Shown here: piece after piece, positions 60,750-64,000 of the stretch
How positions within the stretch are numbered: position 1 is the first letter of the stretch
How the letters are laid out: the number at the start of each line of letters is the position of its first letter
Origin: an uncultured Candidatus Saccharibacteria bacterium
GTDB lineage: Bacteria; Patescibacteriota; Doudnabacteria; UBA920; VMFF01
Reading direction: 5' to 3'
Assembly: GCA_964364285.1 (NCBI GenBank)
Contig: CAYIKZ010000003.1
Coordinates: forward strand, 2,491-66,490
DNA length: 64,000 bases
Position numbers and translations under genes: made by a program
Notes under the pieces: generated by a model
Seen by the model: only the letters and a program-made list of their open reading frames with translations
Database searches by the model: none
Told to the model about the DNA's origin: nothing

Positions 60750-63659
60750 TTATTCTAAATCCGCAAAGTCACAGCGGTGTTCCCTAACCTTTTCGTGCAG
60801 CTGTTTAAATGAATCCGCCTTTATGGCACTATGTATTTCGTCTATTGTTCCTAAGAGATATTCTTTCATGTGTTCTAGTTCTTCCTTAGAAGCAATAATG
60901 TCTTCAGAAAGCTCGTTGTCCTTTAAAAACCAATAGTTTAACTTTGAAACCCCATGTTTAAAGTACTCTTCAGCAGCCCATTGATATATGTAGAGCTGGT
61001 ATCTGTTTTCTTTGTCGTCTTTAAACTTTTCTCCGGTTTTGTAATCAATGATCTGCAGTTTACCATCTGGCAACAAATCAGCGCGGTCTATTTTCCCTGT
61101 AAACGTGTATTCACCAAGCTTTAAGACAAACCTTTCTTCAATGTATTTAGGAACAAACTTTAGTTTTTCAAAAGAATCGTAAAAACTACGAAGCATTCTA
61201 CGTCCTCGTTCTCTGTATTCTTCTTTGTCTTTCTTAGTTGGATACCACTCATCAATCCAGTATGATTCATACATTTTCTGTAAGGCTTCAAATGCAGGAA
61301 GTTTGCTCTTTTCTTTTTCAGAACCAAACAAATCAAGCTGCTTTTCTTCTAAGTTTGCTTTGTACTGCTTTAAAAATCTTTCAAAGGTTGTATGAATGGT
61401 GTTACCAAAGGAAAGATGTTTGCTGCCTTTAGTTGGAAGATGCAACAAATATTTGTACTTGTAACCCAAAGGGCACTTCTTAAATTCATTTATTGCTGTG
61501 TAGTTAAAAGAAGTTGGTAATTCAAAGCTTAATTTCTTTGGAAGTTTCTTTTCTTCAAACTTTGTCCGTTTTAATATCTCAACACTTTTTTCAGGCTTTG
61601 CAACAAGACCAATATCAATTAAAAACTGGGATGGTTTTCTTGCTCTTTGTCCACCATAATCAGAAGCATAACTAAAATACAAATTTTGTTTTGCGCGAGT
61701 CATCGCAACATAGAACAAACGTCGTTCTTCTTGTAAATGTATATCCCCTTCCGGCAATATTTCCTTAACCAACTCTTTTGGAATTTCAATTGCTTCTTTT
61801 CGATCTCTGCTTGGAAAACGCTGATCAACCATGTTAACCACAAAAACATTTTTAAACTCCAAGCCCTTTGCTGAGTGTATGGTCATAATCTTGATGCTTT
61901 CAGGGCCTTGGTTTGGATCAAAATCAAGCTTTCCTTCATCACCAGCCTCTTGTTCAAACTCAATGAAAGCAAGGAAATTCCTCACTGTTTTGTCAGTGTT
62001 TTCAACTTCAAATGCTTCAATCTTCTTGTAGAATTGGTTTATGAAATCAGCTTCTCCTGGTTCTCCCTCCCCTTTTTCAATACGTTCATCAAGCTTTAAT
62101 CCATAGATGCCGTTTACAAAAACCTCAGCTATACTTTTTGTTTTAGTTTCGTCTGCTTGTTTTTTAAGGAAAGCAATTAACTGGTTAATCTTTGTTATGC
62201 TGTCATTTTTAAGAGTTGGCAAGAGTGCCACCTGTTCTAAGCTCTCATACAAAGAAAGAGTTTTCTTTTGAGCGTGTTGCAATATCTCAACCATATCACG
62301 ATGATCAAATCTAAACTGCTCCATGTTCATAACCCTAAACAAAGCGTTTGTGTCATGAAAATTAACAAGTAACCTCAAATATGCGATTAGATCAACAATG
62401 ATTGGTTTCTTGTAGAGCCCTTTGTTAGCAACAAAAGTATACGCGAAATTAAGAGATGCAAACTTTGCTATGAATGGCTCTGCCGTGTCATTTGAACGAA
62501 CTAAGATCGCAAAGTCATTCCATGTGGTTTCCTTTTGTTTTTTCAACTCTAAGATCTTTTTAACAACCAGATCAACTTCATCAGAAAGAGTTTGTCCTGA
62601 CAAAACAGCAATTTCTCCTTTTTCTTTTTTCGCAGAAACAAGTTTTTTATTAATCTTTAGTTTTGGCTCTAGTCTTTCAGGGTTGTTTAGCTGAATGAAG
62701 TTGTATGCAGTGTCTAATATTTCCTGAGTTGATCTATAATTCTCTGTTAAGGTAATTTCTTGTGCTTTAGGAAAATCTTTTTTAAAGCGCATAATATTAG
62801 AAACAGAGGCGCCTCTAAACTTGTAAATACTTTGATCATCATCACCAACAACCGTTAAATTGTTCTTTGGTTCAGCCAACAGCTTTATTAACTCATACTG
62901 TGCGTAGTTAGTGTCCTGAAACTCATCAACCAAAATATATTTAAATTTGCTTCTGTAAAAGTTTAAGATCTTTGGACGAGTTCTAAAAAGCTTCAGAGCA
63001 TAATTAATTAAATCACCGAAGTCCAAAGAATCATTAGTAAGCAACAATCTTTGATATATATGGTAAGCTCTTGCAACCTCGTTTAAACGAACGATTTCTT
63101 CTTCAGTGTCGTATTCTGGATTGCTTTTGTCTAGTTTAGTGTTTTTAGCAAACTCTAAATACTCTTCAGGAGAGATCTCTTCATCCTTAAGCTTGCTGAA
63201 GTGCTTTAAGAGCGCCTTTATGAACTTTGTTGGGTTTCCCAGTGTTCTATAGTATTCAAGCTCAAATTGGTCCAAATTTTGACGCACAAGCAACCACTGA
63301 CCAACCTCTTCAAGCATTTTAAAGTCATTTGAAATACCAATGTCTAAGGCGTGCTGTTGTAAAACTCTTTGGCAAAATCCGTGAAAGGTGTGAATCCAAA
63401 GATCGTGATATCCATACGGAAGCAATATATCAACTCTTTGTTCCATTTCAGTTGCTGCTTTTTCAGTAAATGTTAAAGCAAGAATTTCTTCTGGTTTAAC
63501 ACCTGATTCAATGAGCTGAGCAATTCTTCTAGTTATGACTGTTGTTTTTCCTGTCCCAGCTCCGGCAATGATGAGCAGTGGACCAACACCATAGCTAACT
63601 GCGCTCTGCTGTGCAGTATTTAAATCTGAAAGGAGTTTTTCTTTTTTTGCTTTAACCAT
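60750..63659 (-). CDS. UvrD/PcrA-type helicase with C-terminal RecB-like PD-(D/E)xK nuclease
   Basis: AGAGTGKT, VDEFQDTN, VGDDDQSIY, TIHSAKGLEF, EERRLFYVAMTRA; GKIDR..IIDYKTG..QL.IY. Confidence 0.92.
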   Translation of the reverse strand: MVKAKKEKLLSDLNTAQQSAVSYGVGPLLIIAGAGTGKTTVITRRIAQLIESGVKPEEILALTFTEKAATEMEQRVDILLPYGYHDLWIHTFHGFCQRVLQQHALDIGISNDFKMLEEVGQWLLVRQNLDQFELEYYRTLGNPTKFIKALLKHFSKLKDEEISPEEYLEFAKNTKLDKSNPEYDTEEEIVRLNEVARAYHIYQRLLLTNDSLDFGDLINYALKLFRTRPKILNFYRSKFKYILVDEFQDTNYAQYELIKLLAEPKNNLTVVGDDDQSIYKFRGASVSNIMRFKKDFPKAQEITLTENYRSTQEILDTAYNFIQLNNPERLEPKLKINKKLVSAKKEKGEIAVLSGQTLSDEVDLVVKKILELKKQKETTWNDFAILVRSNDTAEPFIAKFASLNFAYTFVANKGLYKKPIIVDLIAYLRLLVNFHDTNALFRVMNMEQFRFDHRDMVEILQHAQKKTLSLYESLEQVALLPTLKNDSITKINQLIAFLKKQADETKTKSIAEVFVNGIYGLKLDERIEKGEGEPGEADFINQFYKKIEAFEVENTDKTVRNFLAFIEFEQEAGDEGKLDFDPNQGPESIKIMTIHSAKGLEFKNVFVVNMVDQRFPSRDRKEAIEIPKELVKEILPEGDIHLQEERRLFYVAMTRAKQNLYFSYASDYGGQRARKPSQFLIDIGLVAKPEKSVEILKRTKFEEKKLPKKLSFELPTSFNYTAINEFKKCPLGYKYKYLLHLPTKGSKHLSFGNTIHTTFERFLKQYKANLEEKQLDLFGSEKEKSKLPAFEALQKMYESYWIDEWYPTKKDKEEYRERGRRMLRSFYDSFEKLKFVPKYIEERFVLKLGEYTFTGKIDRADLLPDGKLQIIDYKTGEKFKDDKENRYQLYIYQWAAEEYFKHGVSKLNYWFLKDNELSEDIIASKEELEHMKEYLLGTIDEIHSAIKADSFKQLHEKVREHRCDFADLE

Positions 63660-64000
63660 TAACGTATTTTCCTTACTATTCCATGATTAGCATCTACCTC
63701 AACGAAATCTCCGTCTTTAAAAACTTTAGTTGAAATCTTTGTCCCTATTATACACGGCTTATTCATTTCTCTGGAAACAATAGAAGCATGTGATGTAATA
63801 CCACCCTCATCTGTAACAAAAGCACCTGCTTTCTGCATTATGGGAACAAAATCCACAGATGTTGCTTTTGTTACGAGGATATCCCCTGGTTTCATTTTTT
63901 TGAAGTCAGCGGTCGAAAGAATAATTTTAACAGTTCCTTGAATCGTACCCCTGCAGGCCGTAAATCCCTTAACTGACAACTGTTTTGAAACATCATCTAT
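63659..64000 (-). CDS. PEP-utilising mobile (phospho-His) domain protein, copy 5 (5' truncated)
   Basis: TDEGGITSHASIVSREMNKPCIIGT; frame open to window edge. Confidence 0.88.
   Translation of the reverse strand: MDDVSKQLSVKGFTACRGTIQGTVKIILSTADFKKMKPGDILVTKATSVDFVPIMQKAGAFVTDEGGITSHASIVSREMNKPCIIGTKISTKVFKDGDFVEVDANHGIVRKIR

Overview
AT-rich (roughly 35-40% GC by eye) bacterial chromosome segment in the standard genetic code. Gene content points to Patescibacteria/CPR (inference): a sigma-region-4/HARE-HTH protein, a VirD4-like ATPase with a membrane partner, VirB2-like pilin fusions, and expanded PEP-utilising mobile-domain genes; both rplA and rplI are present. Most genes are housekeeping (secA/D/F/E, mnmA, fmt, def, gltX, pyrG, ftsEX, frameshifted prfB, tmk/thyA/folA/dcd, rplK/rplA/nusG, gyrB, pheS/T), plus one tRNA-Gln(CTG). 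Gene orientation flips from mostly + to mostly - at about 31 kb, exactly where a symmetric 28-bp dif-like site lies. The best candidate novel system is a closely packed, largely translationally coupled gene cluster at 14.5-21.6 kb. It encodes one stand-alone dikinase ATP-grasp subunit, four paralogous 'variable domain + phospho-His swivel' subunits (a fifth lies at the window end), a histidine phosphatase and a deoxyribosyltransferase-like protein, i.e. a split, possibly combinatorial RPH-like kinase array. Other highlights are a pilin fused to a Hedgehog-like Zn peptidase domain, two unannotated structured ncRNA candidates with their own promoters, a GC-rich islet, a TagA-RppH fusion and many apparently leaderless genes. 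All family assignments come from motif recognition by eye; no searches were run.
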